Sequence record: NC_010811.2
Length of the DNA stretch: 64,000 nucleotides
Strand: one strand, 5' to 3'
A model generated the notes under the pieces. It was not told the DNA's origin, made no database searches, and saw nothing but the letters and a program-made list of their open reading frames with translations. The position numbers and the translations under genes were made by a program. Shown in pieces: positions 55,040-63,503 of this stretch (the first letter of the stretch is position 1; every line of letters starts with the position of its first letter).

Positions 55040-57688
55040 GTGACAACCAAGAAACAGACCAAGTACGATAGCACTAGCATCGAGACTCAACGCTTCCCTC
55101 ACAACGTCCGGGCGTCGCCAGCCATGTACATCGGCGGAGTCGATGCCTACGGCCTGTGGACTGTGACCAAGGAACTGCTGGACAACGGCGCCGACGAGTT
55201 CATGGCGCAACGCAACGACGCCGTGTTCCTGCACTTTGACGCTGATGGCAGCTACTGGGTCTGGGATCACGGGCACGGCATCCCACAGGGCGTCAAGACG
55301 TTCAAGCTGAATCTGAACGGCAAGGTGGTCACGCAGAAGATGCCGACCATGCAAGCGGTGTTCGGCGAGCTGCACACGTCGGGCAAATATCGCAGTGAGG
55401 CGTACGCAGTGTCCATCGGCAGTCACGGCGTCGGGTCCAAGGGCACCAACGCGACGGCCGAGTACTTCGATGTCTGGACGCTGTACGAAGGCCGCTGGAG
55501 CAGCATCAAGTTCAAGAAGGGTGAGCTGGCACAGCCGGTGAAGGAATGCTCGGCCCCCAAGCTGCCTACTGGCAAGCCGCTGAAGAAGGGCACGCTCATC
55601 CACTTCAAGCCGGACGCCAGCATCTTCAGCGTCAAGAGCTTCCCGCCGTCGATGGCTGTGGAATGGGCGACGGTCATGTCGTACATGAACCCCGGCCTGT
55701 CGATCCACCTGAGCAGCAAGAAGGGTGCGAAGACGTACCTCAGCAAGAAGGGGCCGCAGGAGTATATCGAGCATCGTCTGGCTGCGCTGAAGACGGAAGG
55801 CGAGCGTCAGATGTTCGTGCATCACGACGACCTGTCGGATGTGGTGTTGGCATTCACCAACTACGACGGTTGCGACATCCGCGGCATGACCAACTCCGTG
55901 ACCAATGGTCAAGGCGGCAAGCACGTGGACAGTGTGACGGGTGCCGTCTATGCTGGCCTCAAGCCGTGGATCAAGACCAAGAAGGTGAAGGAAGACGGCA
56001 AGGTGAAGGTGGTCCCTGCCTTCCGTGAGACCGACCTGAAGGAAGGGCTCGTTGGTCTGGTCAACGCCAAGCTGCACAAGGCCCAGTTCTCGTCGCAGGA
56101 CAAGGCACGACTCACAGACAACCGGCTGGGCAAGGACTACGAAGAGGCGATAACCAAGAAGTTCGTCGCCTTCTTCAAGGAGAACAAGGCGCTGGCCCAG
56201 CGTTTGTGTGATCGTGCCACCAAGCTCAACGAACTGAAGACCAAGTTCACGATGAGCAAGAAGGCAGCAGCTACGTTGAACGCTGTGAAGCGCAATGGGC
56301 TGCCCGCCAAGTACGCAGCGTTCAACTCGGACACGAAGGTTCACGATCGTGAGCTGTTCCTCGTTGAAGGCGACAGCGCAGGTGGTTCGCTGAAGGATGC
56401 GCGCTTGCCCTATCAGGCGGTCCTCCCACTCAAGGGTAAGGTGCTCAACGCACTGAAGGACAACAAGGGCAAGGCGCTGGAGTCGGATGAAATCATCAAC
56501 ATCCTGGCGGCTATCGGCTACGACACGAAGGCCGCTGACCCGCTGTCCAAGCTCACCGTGGGCAAGATCATCTGTCTGGCTGACCCGGACCCGGATGGTC
56601 CGTTCGTCGCAGACACGCAGGTGCGTTTCCGCTACAAGCGCACTGCGAATGACGGCCAGCCGCAACTCGCCACCATTGAATGCTTGGCGGAGATGGCGAA
56701 TACTCCTGGCCAAGAATTCGAGGTTCCGGTCTACGTGAACGGCAAGGAGCAGTGGGCACCGGCCACCGCGCAGTTGGAACGCAACGTGGACACGCTGGTG
56801 AGCATGGAGATCGGCGGTCACAAGTACAAGGTGAGCGAGGACCACAAGTTCCTGGTGATCCGTACGCCGTCCACGCGCAATCGTGAAGGGCTGACGTTCA
56901 GCGAGCATCTGTGCTTCATGCGTGCTGCCGACATGAACATCGGCGACCGTGTGTACGCGCCGCACATGGAGCAGGGGCGCCGCGACTACAACCGTCAGGA
57001 CAAGACGAGTGGCCACGGATTCATGGCTGTGAACAAGCTGCGAGTCCAGAAGCAGAGCGCTCCGGTCCCCGTCTACTGCTTGACGGTGCCGCGCCATCAT
57101 CACTTCCTGCTGCCGTCGGGTGTTGTGTCTAGCAACTGTCACATCAACAGCCTGCTCCTGGGTCTGTTCTACAAGTACCTGCCCGACCTGTTCGACAAGG
57201 GCATGGTGTACGTGAGCGCGGCCCCCGAGTTCTACTCGATCTACAAGGATCAGCTGGTGACCGGCGACACGCTGAGCGCAGTGCAGGTGAAGCTCAAGAA
57301 GCTGAAGGCTCCGACGTCCACCGCCATCCACCACTTGAAGGGGTGGGGCGAGGCCAGCGAGAACCTGATGCGTGTGCTGGCAGCAGACCCGGCAACTCGT
57401 CGCCTCATCAAGATCAAGGCCATCTCTCACGACGACAAGGTGGACTTCGTCAAGGTGATGAACGAGGACGTGGAGTACCGCCGTCGCATGCTAGGCTTGC
57501 CACAGAACGCGAAGGGCGACGAAGATGAGGCGCCGCCCGCCGCGAAGAAGGCACCGGCTAAGAAGGCGGCGCAGCCCAAGGCCATCCAGATGCGAGCCCG
57601 CGACGGACGTCCCCTGCGCGGCAAGATCATCGTGAAGCAGCCGCCCGTAAAGAAAACGGGTACCCGTCAACGTAAGGAGGCAGCATGA
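55040..57688 (+). CDS. gyrB: Type IIA topoisomerase large subunit (GyrB/ParE-like) with intein
   Basis: ELLDNGADE, DHGHGIP, HGVGSKGTNA, LFLVEGDSAGG, PLKGKVLN, DPDPDG|intein|CHI, KGWGE. Confidence 0.92.
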   Translation: MTTKKQTKYDSTSIETQRFPHNVRASPAMYIGGVDAYGLWTVTKELLDNGADEFMAQRNDAVFLHFDADGSYWVWDHGHGIPQGVKTFKLNLNGKVVTQKMPTMQAVFGELHTSGKYRSEAYAVSIGSHGVGSKGTNATAEYFDVWTLYEGRWSSIKFKKGELAQPVKECSAPKLPTGKPLKKGTLIHFKPDASIFSVKSFPPSMAVEWATVMSYMNPGLSIHLSSKKGAKTYLSKKGPQEYIEHRLAALKTEGERQMFVHHDDLSDVVLAFTNYDGCDIRGMTNSVTNGQGGKHVDSVTGAVYAGLKPWIKTKKVKEDGKVKVVPAFRETDLKEGLVGLVNAKLHKAQFSSQDKARLTDNRLGKDYEEAITKKFVAFFKENKALAQRLCDRATKLNELKTKFTMSKKAAATLNAVKRNGLPAKYAAFNSDTKVHDRELFLVEGDSAGGSLKDARLPYQAVLPLKGKVLNALKDNKGKALESDEIINILAAIGYDTKAADPLSKLTVGKIICLADPDPDGPFVADTQVRFRYKRTANDGQPQLATIECLAEMANTPGQEFEVPVYVNGKEQWAPATAQLERNVDTLVSMEIGGHKYKVSEDHKFLVIRTPSTRNREGLTFSEHLCFMRAADMNIGDRVYAPHMEQGRRDYNRQDKTSGHGFMAVNKLRVQKQSAPVPVYCLTVPRHHHFLLPSGVVSSNCHINSLLLGLFYKYLPDLFDKGMVYVSAAPEFYSIYKDQLVTGDTLSAVQVKLKKLKAPTSTAIHHLKGWGEASENLMRVLAADPATRRLIKIKAISHDDKVDFVKVMNEDVEYRRRMLGLPQNAKGDEDEAPPAAKKAPAKKAAQPKAIQMRARDGRPLRGKIIVKQPPVKKTGTRQRKEAA
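56600..57136 (+). mobile_element. 179-aa mini-intein, Pro1, class-3-like
   Basis: PFVADT (block A), VSEDHKF (block B), VYCLTV (block F with Cys), GVVSSN|C (block G). Confidence 0.88.
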
Positions 57689-58038
57689 TCGTCATGGAGT
57701 ATTCACCCGTTCTGGGCCAAGCGATCCCGGACGCCGCGCTTCTCAACCACGCGGACGAATTGATCGGCATCCACAACGAAGGGCGGACTGCGACCAGTTC
57801 AGTGTCCACATACCAAGCCATTACCGCACTGCGCCAGCGAGTGGCTGAGGGTCAGGTGTCCTACAGCGACGTGTTCGTGGTGTACGAGGGACGCTGGTTG
57901 CAGCTCAATCAGTTTGCAGGCTGGGCGCAGGATAATCCGGAAGGGTTTGGTGACCTGCACGCACGCATGCTGTCGCGCTTGGTCACCCTTGGAAACGCGC
58001 GCCGTCGCAAACTCAACACGAAGGAGTGTGATGACTAA
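57685..58038 (+). CDS. DUF3696-like small protein between topoisomerase subunits
   Basis: ITALRQRVAEG...DVFVVY...NPEGFGD. Confidence 0.5.
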   Translation: MIVMEYSPVLGQAIPDAALLNHADELIGIHNEGRTATSSVSTYQAITALRQRVAEGQVSYSDVFVVYEGRWLQLNQFAGWAQDNPEGFGDLHARMLSRLVTLGNARRRKLNTKECDD

Positions 58039-59572
58039 GAAGGCTAAGAAGCCTGTCGGCAGTCTGGTACCCGCCGCTGACCGACACGTAGTTGACGAGT
58101 CGTTGAAGGATTTCGGTCGTCGTAACATGACGATCTACGGCACCACGGTGAACTTGGACCGCTCGGTTCCAGATCTGTACGATGGGTTGAAGCCGGTCCA
58201 GCGTCGCATTCTGTGGTCGGCGTCGCAGGTGTGCCGCACGCAGTTCGAGAAGAGCGCACGGCTTACCGGTCACTGCATGGGTGCCTATCACCCGCACGGC
58301 AACAGCGCCATCTACTCGGCTGCTGTCAACATGGTGCAGCATCCGAGTCCAACGCTTCTGGGCAAGGGCAACTTCGGTTCGATGACGGACGGCGCGGCTG
58401 CTGAGCGTTACACCAACGTTCGCCTGTCGCACTACGGCCAGACATTCTTCGACAGCGACTACATCAACGCTGAGACCACGTCGTTCGTTCCCAACTACGA
58501 CGACAAGGATGTGGAACCCGTCACGCTGCCTGCGCAATTGCCGAACGTGTTGCTCAACGGCGGCGAAGGCATCGGCGTTGGCATCACCACCAAGCTGCCG
58601 ACGTTCACACCGGAGTCGGTGCTGGAAGTACTGAACCGCATGTTCAAGGGCGAGAAGCTTCAGGCCGTGGACTTTGCCAAGACGCTGAAGTACCATCACA
58701 AGTGGGGCGGTCAGCTCGTGCGGTCCAAGGAGAACCAAGCGCAGTGGAAGCAGATGTTCGTGGGCAGCATGGCCAACCTCCAGTTCGAGGCAGTGTTGGA
58801 CTTGGATCGTGACCACAAGCGCATGACCATCAGTTCGTGGCCTCCAGGTACAAACCTGGAAACCTTCATGAAGAAGGTGCGGGCAATGCCGGAGTGCCAC
58901 AAGTGCTTCAACTCCAAGGGCACGACCACGTATCAGATCGAGTGCAAGCCGGGCTTCAATTACGACCAGTTCGACAAGTTCGTCGAGAAGGTGCGCAAGG
59001 CCACGATGCAACGGCAGGCGTTCAAGATCAACGTGACGCGGCGTGAAGCAAAGACGGTGGACGGCGTCACCACGTTCAAGACTGAGTTCCTGGCGCTGTC
59101 GGTGCCGGACCTCATCTTGCAGTGGTGCCGCATGCGTGTGGCGCTGGAGCTCAAGTCGCTGGCGTATCGCATCAAGAAGCAGGAAGCGGCGATCGCCTAC
59201 TCCAAGCTGCTGATCTACGCAGTGGACAAGCTGGACCTGATCTTCAAGGCTCTGCGCCAGTCAGACCCAGATGCTTCGCTGCAGAAGCTGCTGAAGATCA
59301 CGGCAGAGCAGGCCAAGCAGATCTTGGACCTGCAAGTGCGCAAGCTGTCGAAGCTCGACCAGTCCAAGCTCAAGGGCACGCTGAAGACGCAGGAGCAGGA
59401 GCTCAAGCAACTCCAGACGTGGCAAGCCAAGCCCAAGGCCCAGGTGCTGCTGGATCTGGCGGCAGTGCAGCAGGCACTGGACAAGGATCGCAACTTCAAG
59501 CTCAAGGAAAGCACGCAGAAGCTGACCGTGTGTGATCTGAAAGGTGGGGCTACGGCCCACCCGCAACCCTAA
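58031..59572 (+). CDS. gyrA: Type IIA topoisomerase catalytic subunit (GyrA/ParC, T4 gp52-like)
   Basis: DGLKPVQRRIL, YHPHG, AAERYT catalytic Tyr; no C-terminal beta-pinwheel. Confidence 0.92.
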   Translation: MTKKAKKPVGSLVPAADRHVVDESLKDFGRRNMTIYGTTVNLDRSVPDLYDGLKPVQRRILWSASQVCRTQFEKSARLTGHCMGAYHPHGNSAIYSAAVNMVQHPSPTLLGKGNFGSMTDGAAAERYTNVRLSHYGQTFFDSDYINAETTSFVPNYDDKDVEPVTLPAQLPNVLLNGGEGIGVGITTKLPTFTPESVLEVLNRMFKGEKLQAVDFAKTLKYHHKWGGQLVRSKENQAQWKQMFVGSMANLQFEAVLDLDRDHKRMTISSWPPGTNLETFMKKVRAMPECHKCFNSKGTTTYQIECKPGFNYDQFDKFVEKVRKATMQRQAFKINVTRREAKTVDGVTTFKTEFLALSVPDLILQWCRMRVALELKSLAYRIKKQEAAIAYSKLLIYAVDKLDLIFKALRQSDPDASLQKLLKITAEQAKQILDLQVRKLSKLDQSKLKGTLKTQEQELKQLQTWQAKPKAQVLLDLAAVQQALDKDRNFKLKESTQKLTVCDLKGGATAHPQP

Positions 59573-59583
59573 AGGTTCATAAG

Positions 59584-60381
59584 ATGAATCCGATGTTCGC
59601 AGTACAGATCACCGGACGTGACGACCGCGAGTTGCACAAGACGGTGGACGCATTGAAGGCGGCTGGCCTTGACTACGAGACCTTCGGGTGTATCCCGTTC
59701 ACAGACGAGATCACCAACCTCGAAGCGTTCCCATCAGATCGCCGCGTGATACCACTGGCTGGGACCAAGGTTCTCAGCATGTGGCAGCGTGGGTGCCTGC
59801 CTCCAAACTGGCATGTATTCTACGATGCCGGACATCTGGACCAGTACCTCGCGCAGCGCTTCTACGGCACCAACCTGCTGAACTACTGGGCTGAGGTCCG
59901 GCCATTCTCGCAGATGAAGGATCGAGTGTGGGACGTGCCGATGTTCGTCAAGCCCACGGATGACGGCAAGGCGTTTGCCGGTTTGGTCCTTGAAGGTGAG
60001 AGCTTGAGTCAAGCGTTGGAAAAGCAAACGCACCAAGTGATCGCCGATGATCAGCCGATCCTCGTCTCCGACTGCAAGACGCTGGGCCGTGAGTTCCGCC
60101 TGTTCGTTGTGGACGGCTACGTGGTAGACATCTCAGAGTATCGGAATCGTGGCCAGATTCAACACAAGGATGTGGCGCCCCGGTTGAAGGCTGACCTCCG
60201 TGACTACTTCCAGTCCGTATGCCATCCCAGCGCGCCACGCGCTTACGTGATGGATGTTGGTGAAGTGTGGAAGAACGGCGAATGGCGCTGGTGCATCATC
60301 GAGCTGAACTGCTTCAACTGTAGCGGTGCCTACACTGTGGACCGTGCTGCGGTCTACGGTGCGGTCGCCAACGCGATCTAA
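59584..60381 (+). CDS. ATP-grasp domain protein (R2K/DUF4343-like)
   Basis: FVKP..GKAFAG, EFRLFVV, YVMDVG, IIELN. Confidence 0.75.
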   Translation: MNPMFAVQITGRDDRELHKTVDALKAAGLDYETFGCIPFTDEITNLEAFPSDRRVIPLAGTKVLSMWQRGCLPPNWHVFYDAGHLDQYLAQRFYGTNLLNYWAEVRPFSQMKDRVWDVPMFVKPTDDGKAFAGLVLEGESLSQALEKQTHQVIADDQPILVSDCKTLGREFRLFVVDGYVVDISEYRNRGQIQHKDVAPRLKADLRDYFQSVCHPSAPRAYVMDVGEVWKNGEWRWCIIELNCFNCSGAYTVDRAAVYGAVANAI

Positions 60382-60393
60382 AGCCGGGTTTGT

Positions 60394-60426
60394 GGGGTGT
60401 TGTAGATTCGCAACACCTCCATTTTG
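60394..60426 (+). terminator. Probable terminator hairpin
   Basis: GGTGTTG/CAACACC stem followed by ATTTT. Confidence 0.55.
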
Positions 60427-60430
60427 CTCC

Positions 60431-60459
60431 TTGCGCGTGCAGCGAAATTCAGGCATAAT
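60431..60459 (+). promoter_or_regulatory. Sigma70-like early promoter
   Basis: TTGCGC-17 nt-CATAAT. Confidence 0.8.
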
Positions 60460-60511
60460 ACTTCACATGGGCAGCACGCAAGCAACACCGCAGCAGCCCC
60501 CGGGTTACAAC

Positions 60512-60528
60512 CTCCCATCGAAACGGAG
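60512..60528 (+). repeat. Start-associated element (copy 5)
   Basis: 6 nt before ATG 60535. Confidence 0.9.
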
Positions 60529-60534
60529 CGCAGC

Positions 60535-60741
60535 ATGAAATCCCAAGTCCAGAATTTCACGGTGTACTATCGTGGCGTCACCATCGGTGAACATCGCGCT
60601 CGCACCGCGTTGGAGGCAGTCACCCACAACTGGGGTCCTGCACACAATGGCACGCTCGTTGCGATCCCATCCAACTCGCATCGTCACCTGCACGAGAAGG
60701 CGAGTGTCGAGAGCAAGGTCGTACCGCAGTCCGCAGTCTAA
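60535..60741 (+). CDS. Early hypothetical protein
   Basis: Start marked by the element. Confidence 0.7.
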   Translation: MKSQVQNFTVYYRGVTIGEHRARTALEAVTHNWGPAHNGTLVAIPSNSHRHLHEKASVESKVVPQSAV

Positions 60742-60754
60742 GTACACGATTCCA

Positions 60755-60771
60755 CTCCCATCGAAACGGAG
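60755..60771 (+). repeat. Start-associated element (copy 6)
   Basis: 6 nt before ATG 60778. Confidence 0.9.
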
Positions 60772-60777
60772 CGCATC

Positions 60778-61125
60778 ATGAGTCGCAAGCAGAAAATGAC
60801 GGAGTTCCAGCGTCAGCAGTATCTGGGCATCGCTGCAGTCCTGTGCGAAGTAGACACCGACGTCATCTATCGCGCGTTCATGGAGCAGCGAAAGCACGAT
60901 CGCAAAACGAAGACCTACAGCGCGCAGCAGCGCTACTCGCGCAGCGACACTTCTCGCATGCGGCTGTTCGCTCGCTTCTGCTATCATCGCCTGCAGTCCG
61001 AGCTCAACAAGTGCCGCGATCTGCAACAGGTCCAAGAGTTGAGCGCGTCGCTGAACGCAGCACTCTTGCCTACGAATGCCGAGCAGGGCTACGCGCTGGC
61101 TGAAACGCGCTTCGACCTGCTGTAA
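60778..61125 (+). CDS. Early hypothetical protein
   Basis: Start marked by the element. Confidence 0.75.
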   Translation: MSRKQKMTEFQRQQYLGIAAVLCEVDTDVIYRAFMEQRKHDRKTKTYSAQQRYSRSDTSRMRLFARFCYHRLQSELNKCRDLQQVQELSASLNAALLPTNAEQGYALAETRFDLL

Positions 61126-61135
61126 ACCGAACACC

Positions 61136-61152
61136 CTCCCATCGAAAAGGAG
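61136..61152 (+). repeat. Start-associated element (copy 7, CTCCCATCGAAAAGGAG)
   Basis: 7 nt before ATG 61160. Confidence 0.9.
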
Positions 61153-61159
61153 CATCATC

Positions 61160-61375
61160 ATGCTGTATATCGCCGTCTTCGCCCATCATGGGGATCAAGG
61201 TCACGTCCTGTGGGATTGCGCCGCGTCCAACGCCAACACCGCAGATTCCAAGTGCCGCACGCTCGAAGCTCTCAATCCGGAGCACGCCTTCAGCGTGATC
61301 ACCGAACGCGAGGCTCGCAATCTGTTCGTGGGCAACGGTCATAACTTCGCTTGCCCGCGCCTCACGCTGCACTGA
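61160..61375 (+). CDS. Early hypothetical protein
   Basis: Start marked by the element. Confidence 0.7.
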   Translation: MLYIAVFAHHGDQGHVLWDCAASNANTADSKCRTLEALNPEHAFSVITEREARNLFVGNGHNFACPRLTLH

Positions 61376-61407
61376 GTCCGGCACCGTTCGCTGTCCAAGG
61401 AGCTGTC

Positions 61408-61914
61408 ATGTCAGTCAAGTTCAAGGTAGGGGATCGAGTCACTCACTGCGATTCCCTGTTCCCGGGTCAGGGAACGGTCGTAGCCGTGGAAACCCTCCTC
61501 CATCTGCAGAACGTGAAGGTGGAGTGGGACAAGGATCGCGGCGGCTTCGGCGGTTCGGTGTGGCTGCACGGAGAGCATCTGTCCCTGTCGCTTGCTGAGG
61601 CACTCGTGCCCACTGATTCGCAGCCTGCGCCTCGCGTGTTGATGTGGCGACAGTTTGATGCCGATGGCAACAGTCGTACAAGCTGGGTCGTGTATACAGC
61701 GGCGCACCCGAAGCTGGCGAAGATTACGCAGACGCTGGCGCGTCTTGCCACCAAGAATGATGGCCGGATCGAGGTCACGCTACGCGATCCGCAGTACTTC
61801 ACCTTCGATACGCCCGAATGGCGTCCGACGTTCACGCAGAGTGTGTTCGCAACGATTGAGCAGGCGAAGGCCGCTGTCGAGGAGTGTTGGCACGGTCCAT
61901 TGGAACAGCAGTAA
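61408..61914 (+). CDS. Hypothetical protein with N-terminal SH3/KOW-like motif
   Basis: FKVGDRVTH...GTVVAV; AAGGAG SD. Confidence 0.7.
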   Translation: MSVKFKVGDRVTHCDSLFPGQGTVVAVETLLHLQNVKVEWDKDRGGFGGSVWLHGEHLSLSLAEALVPTDSQPAPRVLMWRQFDADGNSRTSWVVYTAAHPKLAKITQTLARLATKNDGRIEVTLRDPQYFTFDTPEWRPTFTQSVFATIEQAKAAVEECWHGPLEQQ

Positions 61915-61917
61915 ATA
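61911..61917 (+). promoter_or_regulatory. GTAAATA phage promoter motif
   Basis: CAGCAGTAAATA overlapping a stop codon, immediately upstream of the structured intergenic region. Confidence 0.65.
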
Positions 61918-61920
61918 GAG

Positions 61921-62330
61921 TGTACAGGTCATCGCTCTTGCTCTATGTAGTCCCGCCGGAGGCCTAGCTCCGGAGTTCGGGGACGAGAAGAACTAGACCC
62001 CCTTCTCGCATCATTCGTGCGCCGCCCCCATTGCTAGGCGCGGGTGCGCTGTCCGCTAACAGCAGCCCGGTCGCCGCGTGGAATCGCGTGAAGTAGAGCA
62101 AGAGCACCCGTTTCACCCTGTCACTATGGAGTTCTGCCGTGGGGTTTATCCTTCCCCCGTCAACAGAGACGAGAGGTTTTCGCTATTTTCCCTCATCGTA
62201 TCATTCGTGGGTGAGTGGGCTTGAGTAGAGCGCGCCAACGCTCCTCGTCCAATCTGCCTGTGAAGTAGTGGCAGGGTTCCTTTCAAGTTAGAGGCTCGCT
62301 GGCCTCCTCCCTTAACGGCCAGCACATTTC
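61921..62330 (+). ncRNA. Candidate large structured ncRNA or 5' leader
   Basis: ORF-free 430 nt; perfect 12-bp helix 61934-61945/62094-62105 enclosing five hairpins; second possible helix 62128-62138/62270-62280. Confidence 0.55.
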
Positions 62331-62342
62331 GAGGATCATCTC

Positions 62343-63410
62343 ATGAGCAAGAGCAAGAAGGCAGTCAACACCACGACCAAAGCCGCGAAGAAGGCAGATG
62401 CGGCCAGCAAGAAGTCGGCTGTGAAGGTGGTGGAAGCCAAGGCGCTGGACAAGCGCTTCAAGAAGGGTGCCATCGTGTATCACACTGGTGGTCTGGGTCC
62501 GGTCAAGTTCTACGAACCGCCGAAGGACAGCAGCGAGTATGCAGTGGTGCGAACGCACGCTGGCACCGAGGCTCGCGTTCTGGCCTCGCAATTGCGACTG
62601 GCAACCGGCGCCGAAGTCAAGACCTACACCAAGCGCGTCCGCGAACATCGCAAGTTGGAAAAGGCCAGCGAGCTGCGGCGCATCACTCGCAAGGGTGCGA
62701 TCGTGTTCCACGCCGCGATGGGTCCGGTCAAGATGGTGGGTCCGGCACCGCACGATGGACAGTTCATCGTTCGACTGCCCCGTGGCGAAGAGTCGCCGGT
62801 GCTGTACAGCAATCTGCGTCTGGCCACCCCGTCCGAGGTCAAGGAATACAGCAAGAAGGTGGACGAACGCAAGAAGGCTGCGGCGCAGGACGCCACCAAG
62901 AAATTCGCGTTCCCCACTTCGGCCAGCGTGGAAGCGGCCAAGGCCGAGGAATCCGCCAAGGTTGAACAGCCGACCGAAGCGCGCCTCAACGGTTTCATCA
63001 TCCATGTGGGCGATACCGTGCTGGGCGATGTGGAAGGTACGCTGGCGGCTATCGTGGTCAGTATCCTGCCGAATCGCAATCTGGTGGTTCGCGAGGAGGG
63101 CAGCGACGCCAACCAGATCTGGACCGAGGGCTCGGTTCATGGCGTCCGTCCGGCAGCCGAGGATCGTGATCCGAGTGTCCTGGGCCAGAAGTTCAAGGAA
63201 CTGAAGATCAAGTTCGAAGAAGTGGGGCTGTTCGCTCCGTTCACGTACAAGGGGGTGCACCACGTCAAGGTCTCCAAGTCCAACGCGATCCGCGCCGTGA
63301 TCGAAGGCACGCCGGTCGCTCCGCGCGCCGTCTTGGCAACGGACGATGCTCCGATGAAGGGCTCGCACGTTGTCCGATTCCGCAAGAGCGACAAGGTCAC
63401 CCGCTTCTAA
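62343..63410 (+). CDS. K-rich N-terminus plus tandem SH3/Tudor-like repeats
   Basis: FKKGAIVYHTGGLGPVK, RKGAIVFHAAMGPVK, IHVGDTV repeats. Confidence 0.75.
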   Translation: MSKSKKAVNTTTKAAKKADAASKKSAVKVVEAKALDKRFKKGAIVYHTGGLGPVKFYEPPKDSSEYAVVRTHAGTEARVLASQLRLATGAEVKTYTKRVREHRKLEKASELRRITRKGAIVFHAAMGPVKMVGPAPHDGQFIVRLPRGEESPVLYSNLRLATPSEVKEYSKKVDERKKAAAQDATKKFAFPTSASVEAAKAEESAKVEQPTEARLNGFIIHVGDTVLGDVEGTLAAIVVSILPNRNLVVREEGSDANQIWTEGSVHGVRPAAEDRDPSVLGQKFKELKIKFEEVGLFAPFTYKGVHHVKVSKSNAIRAVIEGTPVAPRAVLATDDAPMKGSHVVRFRKSDKVTRF

Positions 63411-63503
63411 GCCGACTCGCGCAGTTCCCAATTTGACGGAGCGGGTTTGTGGTACACTGTGCCCAGTGACCCGCTCTGTCGATCACAAGTCGTACATCCA
63501 GCA

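Noticed and set aside
40559-61152. Repeated 17-mers as a CRISPR array or integron attC sites
   Set aside because: Copies are dispersed, irregularly spaced and tied to start codons; no cas or integrase genes are present.
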